From contig NC_043001.1 in assembly GCF_006345805.1 (NCBI RefSeq), forward strand, positions 98,332,001 through 98,396,000: a stretch of 64,000 bases of DNA, in the 5' to 3' direction. This DNA comes from Octopus sinensis. Its lineage: Eukaryota. The translations under genes and the position numbers were made by a program. The notes beneath the pieces are model-generated. The model did not search any database, was not told where the DNA came from, and saw only the letters and a list, made by a program, of their open reading frames with translations. This document shows, piece by piece, positions 26,148 through 39,225 of this stretch; position 1 is the first letter of the stretch, and every line of letters begins with the position of its first letter.

Positions 26148-26439
26148 GGCGTTGCTCGGGTTTGTAAGGGAAATAACTATATAAGCATTTTTAGAGAGTT
26201 ACTTCCCTTATATAACCCGAGCAAAAATCATTAAAAATGCGGAAAAATGATGGTAATTTTTTTTATAAATCGTAGACTCATCGTAGACGCGCGCTAATAC
26301 CCAGAATGGCTCGATATGAATAACGACTATAAGATACCCACTTTTGGTTAAACTGCACCGCAAAATGTGGGAGTAGTTAGGAATCTAAATCGGAGGAGAC
26401 AGAGTCTCACACACACAACTTCAATTTTATATATAAAGA
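26148..26439 (-). mobile_element. Helitron-like element, 3' CTAG lost
   Basis: 26148-26255 resembles the reverse complement of 12840-12938. Minus strand starts A|TCtttatatataaa. Confidence 0.7.
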
Positions 26440-26931
26440 TTATTGATATAAGCAGCGCAAACTGAAAACTGACAAACTTATCCGCATAACAATTTACAGA
26501 TAACGTTCACGAGATACGACTTCGCAATTAGGCATAAAGTAGTCGAGTCAAATCTTCAAATCACATCCTACCGTCTTAAAAAGATGGAAATATTTGTATA
26601 ATGTTTACGATACACTATGCCTGAAAATAATATGGAATGTCACTGTTAGAATGTTTTGGGTCAAATATGAACCTTCTCGGTTAGAGCCTTAACACCTACA
26701 AATATGTTGTGCTTGTCAGATTAAACACATTGCAAGAGAAGCGATCTGGTAATGCCCCTCGGAACATCACATTTGAAAACAAATCAGGATTATTATGGAA
26801 GCCTGCTTCCCACTTAACACGTATGTAGTATTGAAAAAGTACAAGAGAAAGACATCTATGGACATTTGATGATCTGTTTGCAAAGCAATACCCAACATAC
26901 ACACTTAGCTTTATATTACCATCGCAGATAC

Positions 26932-26974
<43 letters not shown>

Positions 26975-26979
<5 letters not shown>

Positions 26980-27215
26980 GTATTGGTATCCAGAAGACCC
27001 AAGATGGGCAGGTAAGGCTCGGGAGGGCCCTGGTTCGATAATAATACGAGTGAGGAGTCTAATGCGGATCTTGTGTGCATGTATATGTTAAATAAAATGA
27101 GACAACAAAGTCAAGGCTGTGTGGAATTTATAGGACATTTATAAAGAGAAAGGTAGTCTCTGTAAATTCCATACAACCTTGGCTTTGTTGTCTCATTTCA
27201 GTTAATATATATACA
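26975..27215. mobile_element. Small fold-back element next to (TA)n
   Basis: Inverted arms at about 27083-27131 and 27162-27215 (aaatgagacaacaaagtcaagg / ccttggctttgttgtctcattt). Confidence 0.6.
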
Positions 27216-27231
27216 TACATATATGAAAAAA

Positions 27232-27475
27232 TACAAAATGGGACAAGAACGCAAGACAGCCAAACAGACGATACAAAAAACACGGACGGGTCATACGAAG
27301 CCTTTAATCTTCAGTCAAGAACCGGATCCTCCTCGCAATTTCGGCTGATTAATCTTGAGATTGCGCCAATCTGGTCAACCCCAAGGAAAAAACTACGCTA
27401 ACAGCATTAGCTTCCTCGGAAAAAAGATCGAATGTGTACGAAAGAAGGACAGAAAAACGGGCGATGTTACACGAA
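27232..27475 (-). mobile_element. (TA)n-adjacent repeat carrying a rearranged hammerhead-like motif, copy 2
   Basis: Homologous to 4885-5140; see findings. Confidence 0.65.
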
Positions 27476-27563
27476 TATAAATACAAAAATAATAATAATA
27501 ATAAATAATAATACGAATATAAATGCAAAGAAACAAAAATATAAATGCAAATACATACATACA

Positions 27564-27619
<56 letters not shown>

Positions 27620-27707
27620 AGTATAGAAGTGTATTTTGAATTCGATTCTCAGGAAAAGAAACCAGCAGCATAATTCACACTGTAGATATTAGCAATATCT
27701 ATCGTTT

Positions 27708-28070
27708 ACCTTTTATTTGCTTCAGTCATTTTATTGCGGCCAAACTGGGGCACGGCCTTAAAGAATTTTTAGTCTAGCAAACCGACCCCAGGAATTGTGT
27801 TTCTAAAGCATAGTATTTATTCTATCGTTATTCTTTTGCCAAACCGCTAAGTTACGGAGACGAAACGCACCAGCAACAATGGTCAAGACCTGGTGGTGGG
27901 ACAAACATAGACACAAAGTCACACACACACAAGACGGGCTTCTTTCAAGTTACATCTATGAAATCCGCTCACAAAGTTTTGGTCGCCCCGAAGCTATAGT
28001 AGAAGACACTTGAACTCGGAACCATGTAGTTGGGAAGCAAGCGTTTTACCACACAGCTACGCCTGCGCCT
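27708..28070 (-). mobile_element. Diverged SINE B
   Basis: ttcagtcatt..gcggcc, ccgctaagttacgg, gctatagtagaagacacttg, cacacagctacgcctgcgcct. Confidence 0.75.
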
Positions 28071-28626
28071 ATGGAGAACAATAAAGATTTATAGAAAAAC
28101 CTTCTGAAATTCAAAAGGGAGGTTGTTTGTGCAAATGACAACGAAATAAAAAGAGAAAAAAAAAAACCATCCTGTTTGGTTTTTTTCTTCTTCAAAAATT
28201 CAATTTAATTAAGTTATTTATTTTAAATATATATTTTTTATTCTTTATAAACTTGCAACCAAACAGACGGCTGATCGGAAAAAAAAATGGAAACCATAAC
28301 CAGGAAGAGAATAATAAATAAGTATTTTGCACACAGTTATACAGATATGTAAGCAAGCGGACGTAAACTCAGACACATCAAGTGATCAACGCTTCAATAG
28401 AAATGAATTAATAATCATTGATTTTTTTTAAACATTACTATATTTTTATACCGGCGTAATGCTTTCTTTCTCTTTTTTTTTTAAAGTTTATTTTAGCCTT
28501 TAACATTTTTCAAATGTTTTACTACTTTGAAAATAACGCATTTATATCTAATAATTAATTGCATTCCTTCGTATTGTGTTGGCGTATACAAACATATATA
28601 CATACATACAAGCATACTTATATATA

Positions 28627-28720
<94 letters not shown>

Positions 28721-29306
28721 TCATATATATGTTTATATATTCATATATATATATACATATATATATATATTCATATATATCTATATATATTCATATATAT
28801 GTATATATATTCATATATATATATATATATATATATAACTATATATATATATATGACTATATATATGTATGCATACATATATATATATATAGTCATACAT
28901 ACATATATATATATATATACATACACACATATATATATATACATATACATACATACACACACACATATATATATATATATATACATGTATATACACACAC
29001 ATATAACCATACATATATATATATATATGCACACATATATATGTATGTAGACATATGTATATATGTATACACACATGTATATATACATATATATATATAT
29101 AACCACATATACCTATATACACATACATATATTTATATGTACACTCGCACCCACACGTATACCTACACACATACAGCTACACACAAGCACGTGCACACAC
29201 ATACACTGACGCACAGAGATACACACACTCACACACACACATTAACATATGCAAGTATATATTCACGCATGTGCATGTATAAGTGTGTATCTTAGTAATC
29301 GCATGC

Positions 29307-29345
<39 letters not shown>

Positions 29346-29488
29346 AATTGATCTAGAAATATCGACTCAGATGTTAATGTACATATTATGTAGTTCTTTT
29401 ATTACTGAGTTTGTTTTAACCGTCACGTCTAATACGAATACCCGTTGGCGTACCACCTTTCAAATTAAAAGCCACATTCATCTCGCTC

Positions 29489-29524
<36 letters not shown>

Positions 29525-29526
29525 CC

Positions 29527-29603
<77 letters not shown>

Positions 29604-29612
29604 TATAAATCC

Positions 29613-29643
<31 letters not shown>

Positions 29644-29653
29644 TATATATATA

Positions 29654-29690
<37 letters not shown>

Positions 29691-29698
29691 ATACATAC

Positions 29699-29750
<52 letters not shown>

Positions 29751-30596
29751 TATGTACTCATAATATATATATATATGATATATATATATAATATATATAA
29801 TATATGTATATATTATATGAACTTACAATCATTGTTGTACATAAAGTGTATTTATGAAGTTGCATTTGAAGATATAATTGAATATATACACACTATGAAA
29901 GTACTTATGCATAAACATATATATATAAATATAAAAATGCATACGTATATTATGTCTGCATAAATATGTTCATAGTATATACTAAGAAATATAATTAAAT
30001 TTCATTATTCGTTCACTTACATCAATAGGCCTCAACCCATATTCGTTCATGGTCTCCTCTCACTGAACTTTACTTATCTGTGTAACCCTCTCATAGTGAC
30101 TTTTAGTTGGGAAAAAAAGAATGTTATTTCACCATTTGCAATGCTTATTAATTGCATCTGTTTGACATAAAAGCGAAAGTGTTTGTAGTAGCGATATACA
30201 AACGGCCATTGCTATGCAGATAAAGTTCTTTAGTAGAATACAAAATTTCATAAAGACTTTAAAGTGCGATAGAAAAATAATTCATAAGGTCTAAAAAAAG
30301 TAAATTTTAGCTTTGTGTAGTTTATACAAAAAGAAAGCTTCTTAGAACTATAAAAGGCATAGCCAAAAGCAGTACGCATGTAATTACTTTATTCAGTATA
30401 ATAATAGTAGGCGTTGAAAACTCAATCCGTAGCTGCAGGTTTGTTAGTGAGAACAAGAGATCAATCCTTATAATATTATAGTAGGCGTCCTTTAAAGACA
30501 GGATGTTCATATTTGATCTGGCTGCTAGAAGTAGCAGCTATATTCCTTTCAATCGTAGTTTAGAATATTATAAAATGAACGACTTAGTGAACAATA

Positions 30597-30849
30597 ATAA
30601 ATGAACCCATTTAAAGCCTAGCCAGGCTCATGGGCCCAGTTTCCCGGTTTCTATGGCGTATGTGTTCCCCAGCTGGACGGGACGCCAGTCCATCGCAACG
30701 TTACTCATTTTTGCCAGCTGAGTGGACTGGAGCAACGTGAAATGAAGTGTTTTGCTCAAGAACACAACGCGTCGCCCGGTCCAGGAATCGAAACCACAAT
30801 CTTACGATCATAATGCTGACACCCTAACCACTAAGCCACGTGCCTCCAC
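30597..30849 (-). mobile_element. SINE D with 13-bp TSD
   Basis: TSD ttaStgaacaata at 30584-30596 and 30850-30862; empty-site paralog at 31177-31189. Confidence 0.9.
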
Positions 30850-31974
30850 TTACTGAACAATAGAGTCTTCGAATTAGTAGAACCATCAGTGTATCAGACG
30901 AAATGTTTTTCAGCCTATATATTAGTGTCTTCCGTTCTGCGTTCAAATCCTGCCGTGTTTAACATTGCCTTTCATCCTCCTGGCTCGGATAAATAGCTAC
31001 CAGTCTAGATCCTAGGGTTGTGAACTTGCAGGTTTGTTAATGAGAACGGGAGATCAATCCTTATAATATTTTAGTTGGCGTCCTTCAAAAACAGGGTGTT
31101 CACATATGATCTGGCTCCTAGAAATAGCAGCTATATTCCTTTCAATCATAGTTTAGACTGTTATAAAATGAACGACTTACTGAACAATAGAGTCTTCGAA
31201 TTGGTAGAACTTTGCAACATTTATCTTAGTGTCTTGCGTTCTGCGTTCAAATCCTACCATGTTTAACTTTGCCTTTCATCTTCCTGGTTCAGATAAACAG
31301 CAAACATTCTAGATTTTAGGACTGCGAACTTATGGAATATTTAAAATGTCGGATGTGGTATTGTTGCTGCTTTTTCTATTCTGAGAAGTCCTGCCACGAC
31401 TTATTCGGGTGATATATTCAATCCACCGTTTAGCTTAACACAACTCAATGGGGCATTGAATAAATACTTTTAGCAGAGTCCACTCTGTTACTAGCATTTG
31501 TTCATGTCCTTTTGTTTGAGGACACCGTTTTCTTCCAGCCATTAGTCTATGTGGTTCTGTAAAATGTCATCGGCACTAACTCTCTCTTCTACTAAAATTT
31601 AAAAAATTCTGAAGGACAGATATCCATGATGGGATACCTTTGGCCGTGGCACGCTGAACCAAGAGTGACCTGGAGGCAGAAAACAATATACCAAAGTGGT
31701 TTCATAATAAATTAGTTACCCAACCGAAACCAAACTCGAAAGGGTAAACAAAAATATGGTAAAAGCGATAACATGTTATTTTGTTTTTTCTCAGAACAGT
31801 GGAAACACCTGGGCAGTTTCACGACATTTTCATAAATTATTCTTGTTATATTTGAATTTAATTAGAAGGGTTTTTAAATAGCTGATGCTGTATTATCAGC
31901 GAAACGGAACATTGTCGAATTTGCCCTGTTTTATCTCAGAAAATTACGGGAATGGATAATATTTTAGAGTTGCA

Positions 31975-32945
31975 TTTTTTTTTGTAGCTTCAGCTCATAG
32001 CTGCGGCCATGCTGATGCACCGCCGTTTGCTGCACTGTTATTACTGAGAGCCTCCTCTAATATGTGGCACTTGGTGAAGCATGGAGTTTGATATAGCCAC
32101 CCTCATTTGCACCTCTTGCGGTGAGGTAGGCTCATCTGGGACTCTCGACAGGAAGATGTCCAGCTTTGATTTAAAAACGCCTACATCTACTTTGTGCAAG
32201 TTCCTCGGACTCTTTGGGAGAATATTAAAAAGCTGTGAGCCCTTGACACCCAGGCTGTTGCAGTAACTGGTCCGAAAGCTCGATGGCGTTGCTGGGATCT
32301 TTGGCACTATGCAGTGTCGTCCCGTTCTGGCAGTGGTGTAGCTTTCACTGCCAAAATTTGGCACAATTCCTTCCAGGATCTTCCAGATGTATATTACTGC
32401 ATACCTCTCCCGACGTCTCTCCAGGGAGTAGAGTCTTTGCTGTTTAAGCCTTTCCCAGTTGCTGAGCTGTTGCAAAGAGACGATCTTCTTTGTGAATCTT
32501 CTCTGGATTGCTTCAAGGTCCGCTGTTAATTTTGCATTGGTTGGTGAACATAGCTGTGAGCAGTAATCCAGGCGGCTGAGGACGAATGTCTTCCAGAGAC
32601 CATCATGGTTTCCTTATCTCTGGTTCTGAATATTCTCAGGATCCATCCAGCCAGTCGTCTGCACTTTGTCGCCATCGTGGTAATGTGCACTTGAAAAGAG
32701 GTATCATCAGTCATGTCAATACCCAGGTCCCTCACTGATTTAGGCTCTGGGATTGAAATTCCCGGTAGACCAGTGTACCCTGTAGTTTCATATTCAGTTT
32801 TGGAAGCTGGTAGCGCAGGGTTTGGAATTTTTCAACATTAAATTGCATATTATTATCCTAAGCCCATCTGTAAATTGAGTCCAACTCCTGCTGCAGATGT
32901 GCAACATCGCTGGAGTTCTGTATTTTCTGCGAGACTTTTGTATCG
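31975..32945 (-). mobile_element. 5'-truncated CR1-like LINE, related to but distinct from the 46.9-50.9 kb element
   Basis: Peptides RDLGIDMTDD..CRRLAGWILR and SLERRRERYAVIYIWKILEG..PDEPT. Truncated at the RT YAD|DT position; 3' stem-loop and A-tail. Confidence 0.9.
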
Positions 32946-33611
32946 ATGTTGTACACTCAACTATGAAATATTTGTTTAGATATATTTCTGTGTTGTAAAT
33001 TCTTTTAGTTGTAAATTCCTTTTAGTAAATTTCAACCGACTAACCAGGAATTGTAATCAATCATGAAACTTGTTGGGAGGAAGTGTGTCGCTAGTTCCTT
33101 CCTCTCACCAGATGTAGTTGAATAGTTTGTACGGCTTCCGTTGGTGATTTTCTGATATACAATATACGCATGTCCGATTGGTAGCACAGTTGCTATTCGT
33201 TATTGTCTTACAAAGGAAACACAAGGAGGAGCTATTCTTAAAGTTGGCTGATCATACAAATAAAAGATTGCAGACTGAGCAGTGGCTAAGAAATGATTTT
33301 AGCTGGTGTTGAATTTTTTCACACCCATCAGAGCACGAAACACTCCTGACGAACATGCATTCAGGAGATGATTGTGGTCTGTTAACAGTTTTGAGTAGGA
33401 ACCGGAAAAAGACGTTTGAACAGGCAATGCGCATGTGCACACTGAATTCGGTAAACGGAATAGAAGAATAAAAGCGCAATGCGCATGTCAAAGTAAAGTG
33501 GGAGAGAAAAATAAAAACGCCATGTTAAGCAAGTTATAAGATAATCTGCATGTGACGTCTGACACCACTTTCACGCAGCTTTGCTGCAGTTTTCTAGTTT
33601 GCATTTAGATT

Positions 33612-34128
<517 letters not shown>

Positions 34129-34423
34129 TATATAAAAAAAAATATATATAAAATAAAATGGCGAATACCTCACCCACACTTTTAAAAATCTATCTATCAA
34201 TCTACATATGTTTGTGTGCGTGACTGATTTTGTGTGTGATTGTTTATATATATATATATATGTATATGTATGTATGCATGTATATGTAAGTATACATATA
34301 GGTATGTATTTTATGTAAATATGTATGTATTATGTTTGTAGACAAACATTATACATACGCATATATATTCAATTCAGTGTATGGATTAATACCGCGTTGT
34401 TATTTGTATCATTGCAGAATTGA

Positions 34424-34507
<84 letters not shown>

Positions 34508-34894
34508 TCCCAGTCATTCTTCTGAGAATATGTAACAATTGACTTTCCACGAATGACCGAGAAACACGTATTTACATATTGTAAATTTGATTTGAATTTT
34601 GTTATTATTATGGGATATAGGAACTAAGCAGTCAGTCACATTATTTTTATGGGGATTTTTACAAAAGAAAATCTCATTTAATAACAATAGAATAAATATA
34701 GAAATAATTTCTTAATGAAAGCAATATTTAACAATTCGGCAATTGATTGAGAAAACAACAACGAACAAACAAACAAACAAACAAACATTAGGAAAAAGGA
34801 AAATAATTCGACAACTAATATTTTTCAAAACAGACGTACTTAACGTGTTTATTAGAGGGATGGAATTTCAGATTAGTTTAGTTGGATGCATCTC

Positions 34895-35095
34895 TGTCAG
34901 TCTGCCTGTCTGCCTGTCTATCTGTCTGCCTGCCTGCCGGCCTACCTGCCGGCCTACCTGCCGGCCTACCTGCCGGCCTACCTGCCGGCCTACCTGCCGG
35001 CCTACCTGCCGACCTACCTGCCGGCCTGCCTGCCGACCTGCCTGCCTGCCTGCCTGCCGGCCTGTCTGTCTGTCTGTCTGTCTGTTTGTCTATCT
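34895..35095 (+). repeat. (CCTG/TCTG)n with an emergent 12-mer (cctacctgccgg)n
   Basis: Direct inspection. Confidence 0.85.
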
Positions 35096-35175
35096 CTCTT
35101 TCTCTCTGTATCTCCCTATCTGTCTGTCAGCATCTCCCTCTCTCTCCTCTCTCTCTCTATCTATTTACCTATCTC

Positions 35176-35822
35176 TATCGTTAATATCGTCACGCCTCCT
35201 TCCTTCAAACGGGAAGGAAGAGCTATTTTTATCATACTTGTGGCTATGGCGAAAGAATGTATCTGGTGGACGCGCCTGAAAGGATTAGAGACAAACACTT
35301 TCCTCTCTGGTCAATCTCTCATCAACTTCTTCAAGTATCACTTGAGGAGGAAAGTGAGAGTAGAGAGGCAAGTTTTGTCTAGTGAATGTTTTAAAAAAAG
35401 ATGGGTGAATGTAGCAAGGATGGCACGTATGAATGACGAAGCCACCTTGACTATGATTCTATGAACCATAAAAATTAATACAGAGAGTTGCTTATTTGCA
35501 AAAAAAAAAAAGAAATATAACATGTGACTTCATTGACCGAGGTTACCGTGGTCTTTCCGTAGGCTTTTCTTTCCACGGGTAAACCTCACCTGTCCTCCCC
35601 TTTACACTTCATGTTGACATTTCTGTGATAACGATCCCTATTGATCAATTTTTTTACTCTCCCCTTTTTTTTAACCCCCCCTTTTTTTGTCCTCTTTCTC
35701 TCCTTTTACGATCCCTTTTGATCGAAACTCCCCCCTCTCTTTTTTTTTTTAACCTTCAAAAGAAAAGCTCTACCTTGTAATTTGTTCTATCTGTGTGCAG
35801 CCCTGTGTGGCTAATAAAGAAA
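35176..35822 (+). mobile_element. 3' fragment of an L1/Tx1-like LINE inserted in a (CTAT)n tract
   Basis: Peptide AIFIILVAMAKECIWWTR...FKKRW resembles the Tx1/L1 ORF2 C-terminus (AK..IW..R, F...W). Pyrimidine-rich UTR ending aataaagaaa. Confidence 0.6.
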
Positions 35823-36254
35823 CATATCTATCTATCTAGCCATCTATCTATCTATCTATCTATCCATCCATCCATCCATCTATCTATCTATCATCTATCT
35901 ATCTATCTATCTGTCTGTCTGTCTGTCTGTCCATCCATCCGTCCATCCGTCCATCCATCTATCTGTCTGTGTGTCAATCGATCTGACTGTCTACCTGTTC
36001 CATGCTTCGCTTTGGCGCTCCCCTTTGGCTCCCCACTTCGGCGTTCCTCTTCGGCGCTCCGCTTCGGCACTCCGCGTTGACGGGTTTAGTCGGATAAATC
36101 CACTCCAATACTAATTTTTTGAAAGCGTGGTACTATATTGTAAGATTAAATTTTCCAGAACCAGACACGTAAATAAACCAGACATAAACACACACGCACG
36201 CAAGCACACACACATATATACCCACACATACATAGAAACACACACACGCCCCTA

Positions 36255-36895
36255 GTAAGCAACTAGTTCTTAATTTATCGACCCCGAAAGGGATGTAAGG
36301 CAAAATCGACCTCGGCGGAATTTGAACTCAGAACTTAAAAACAGACGAAATACACCTAAGCATTTCGTCCGGTGTGCTAACGTTTCTTATTTCTTAATTG
36401 CCCACAAGGGGCTAAACATAGAAGGGGCAAACAAATACAGACAAACTGATTAAGTCGATTACATCGACCTCAGCTGGTACTTAATTTATCGACCCCGAAA
36501 GGATGAAAGGCAAAGTCGACCTCGGCGGAATTTGAACTCAGAACGAAACGGCAGAGGAAATACGTGCTAACGTTTCTGCCAACTCACCGCCTTAAGAATA
36601 ATAGAAATAATAACGACTTACAGTCTGATTTGAGATTACAGGCGTTAGACAAGAATGTTTAATATGATATTGAATATACGATCAGATTCGTATATGAGAA
36701 GTGGAACCAGATTGCATTAATAAAAGTCATGCTGAAAAAGCAACGAGCTTTTTGTCCGTTTTTACAATCTGAGTTCAAATTCCGCCGAGGTCGACTTTGC
36801 TTTTCATCCTCTCGGGGTCAATAAATTAAGTACCAGTTGCGTAGTGGGATCGATCTTATCGACTCGACCCTCCTCAAATATTTCGGGCCTTGTGC
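36255..36895. mobile_element. SINE A dimer (36255-36592, minus) and partial SINE A (36770-36895, plus)
   Basis: Family A consensus blocks. Confidence 0.8.
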
Positions 36896-36897
36896 AT

Positions 36898-36954
<57 letters not shown>

Positions 36955-37842
36955 ACACATATACACATACATACACACACATATACATATACTTACATAC
37001 AAACATGTATATATATATCTACACATATACATACATACAATATATATATTATATATAATATATATATATATATATGATATATATATATACTTATATATAT
37101 ACATAAATTTGCGCAACTCCATTGTCTCCCGAGACAAAAAGGATGCCAAACAATATATACATATATGCATACAAACACATGTACATATATACATGGATGC
37201 ACAGATATGTGACAGGAATTATACACTTATTATAAAGGTATAAATTAACGATTTCTGTCATACGATAAGCTTTAATACAATAAAAATTTGATTTAATTCG
37301 GGAATTGTGTTAACGCATATCCTCTGAGGTTCTATGAGGAAATGTCTCTTATATAACTTACGGATTCATTGCCTCTGCTGAGACTGGTGAGAACCGGAAA
37401 CTTTATCAAATTTTCAAAGCAACAGCGAATGAGCAAGACATCTTGTAACCCACTCAAATCTACCCCTGACGATGGACATTAAGATAAATTTAAACATATC
37501 TAAATCAACGTTTTACTATATTATTACTATCATATCTAGCAACGGTTAATTTATATATAGTAAATACTGATTAATCGGACTAAATTTATAACTAATTCAA
37601 TAAAAGTGTACAAATCCTACTCCATAAATATAATACAATGTATTCAGTAGCCAGGTTTTGTCATATTGGTGATAATGGAATAATTTCAATAAAATCGAAT
37701 GTGAATAAATAAAACGTTATTAATACGACACACTAGCATACGAGTATTGCATGTACATTCTGTAATAAATTAGTTGTAATACAGAAACAGCCAATAAAGG
37801 AAATATGGGTTATAAATATAATATATATAAGAAAAAAAAATT

Positions 37843-38252
37843 TTTATTGCCCTCAAGGTGCTAAGCATAGATGGGACAAACAAGGACAGACAAAGGGATT
37901 AAGTCGATTACATCGACCCAAGTGCGTGACTGGGGCTTAATTTATAGACCCCGAAAGGATGAAAGGCGAAGTCGACCTCGGCGGAATTTGAACTTAGAAC
38001 GTAACGGCAGACGAAATATCTATTTCTTTACTACCTACAAGGGGCTAAACACAGAGAGAATAAACAAGGACAGAGACACGGATTAAGTCGATTTTACCGA
38101 CCCCAGTGCGTAACTGGTACTTATTTAATCGACTCCGAAAGGATAAAAAGCAAAGTCGACCCCGGCGGAATTTGAACTCAGAACGTAACGGCAGACGAAA
38201 TAAGGCTAAGCGTTTCGCGCGGCGTGCTAACGTTTCTGCCAGCTCACCGCCT
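37843..38252 (-). mobile_element. SINE A dimer
   Basis: Family A consensus blocks. Confidence 0.85.
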
Positions 38253-38359
38253 TATCACAAAAAAATTATTATTAAAATCTTTTCTGCCAATATTTTAAAA
38301 ATTTGAAATCCATTTTACACGAAAACTATCTGATATACAAAATCTGCATACAAATGTAA

Positions 38360-38409
<50 letters not shown>

Positions 38410-38415
<6 letters not shown>

Positions 38416-38768
38416 CGTGTGTGTGTGTGTGTGTGTGTATGTATCTAACGGATGGGGCCTTTAGCATCGCTTTCATATTATCATTTTTTCATGTAACAAT
38501 TCATCCTTCATAAATTTAATTATAATGTTCTATGTCCCAATGTCTTGTAATGTCCCCCTCTTCGTCGCCCCTTGTGGGTAATAAAGAAATAGTGTGTGTG
38601 TGTGTGTGTATGTATGTAGGTTATGTCAAGTGATTCTTAGTGCTACTGATAACATGTTATCCAGTACAAGCTATTGCATGTTCTGGACTTCGGTAACTAA
38701 ACCCGCAACCCAACGAGGCCTAATTTTTGGGACACTCAGCAGGATGAGAAAGAAAAGTTTTCAAAGGG

Positions 38769-38803
<35 letters not shown>

Positions 38804-39189
38804 TATATATATATTATATATATATATATGTGCGGTGTGTGTGTGTGTGTGTGTGTGTATGTATCTAACGGATGGGGCCTTTAGCATCGCTTTCATATTA
38901 TCATTTTTTCATGTAACAATTCATCCTTCATAAATTTAATTATAATGTTCTATGTCCCAATGTCTTGTAATGTCCCCCTCTTCGTCGCCCCTTGTGGGTA
39001 ATAAAGAAATAGTGTGTGTGTGTGTGTGTATGTATGTAGGTTATGTCAAGTGATTCTTAGTGCTACTGATAACATGTTATCCAGTACAAGCTATTGCATG
39101 TTCTGGACTTCGGTAACTAAACCCGCAACCCAACGAGGCCTAATTTTTGGGACACTCAGCAGGATGAGAAAGAAAAGTTTTCAAAGGGC

Positions 39190-39220
<31 letters not shown>

Positions 39221-39225
39221 ATATA
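38410..39225 (+). repeat. 420-bp direct tandem duplication bounded by (TA)n
   Basis: 38441-38770 appears identical to 38861-39190. Confidence 0.9.

Noticed and set aside
27350-27415. Twister ribozyme reading (UAA and UCUCAAG/UCCCAAG motifs on the minus strand)
   Set aside because: I could not form P2 and P1 in either copy; the permuted hammerhead pairing fits better.
32947-33345. Possible solo LTR (TG start, AATAAA, CA end)
   Set aside because: No TSD, second copy, PBS or PPT could be identified.
37365-37485. Hammerhead-like words (ctgctga..gaaac and ctgacga)
   Set aside because: Stems I and III do not pair. The same applies to isolated words near 7873, 25745 and 56062.
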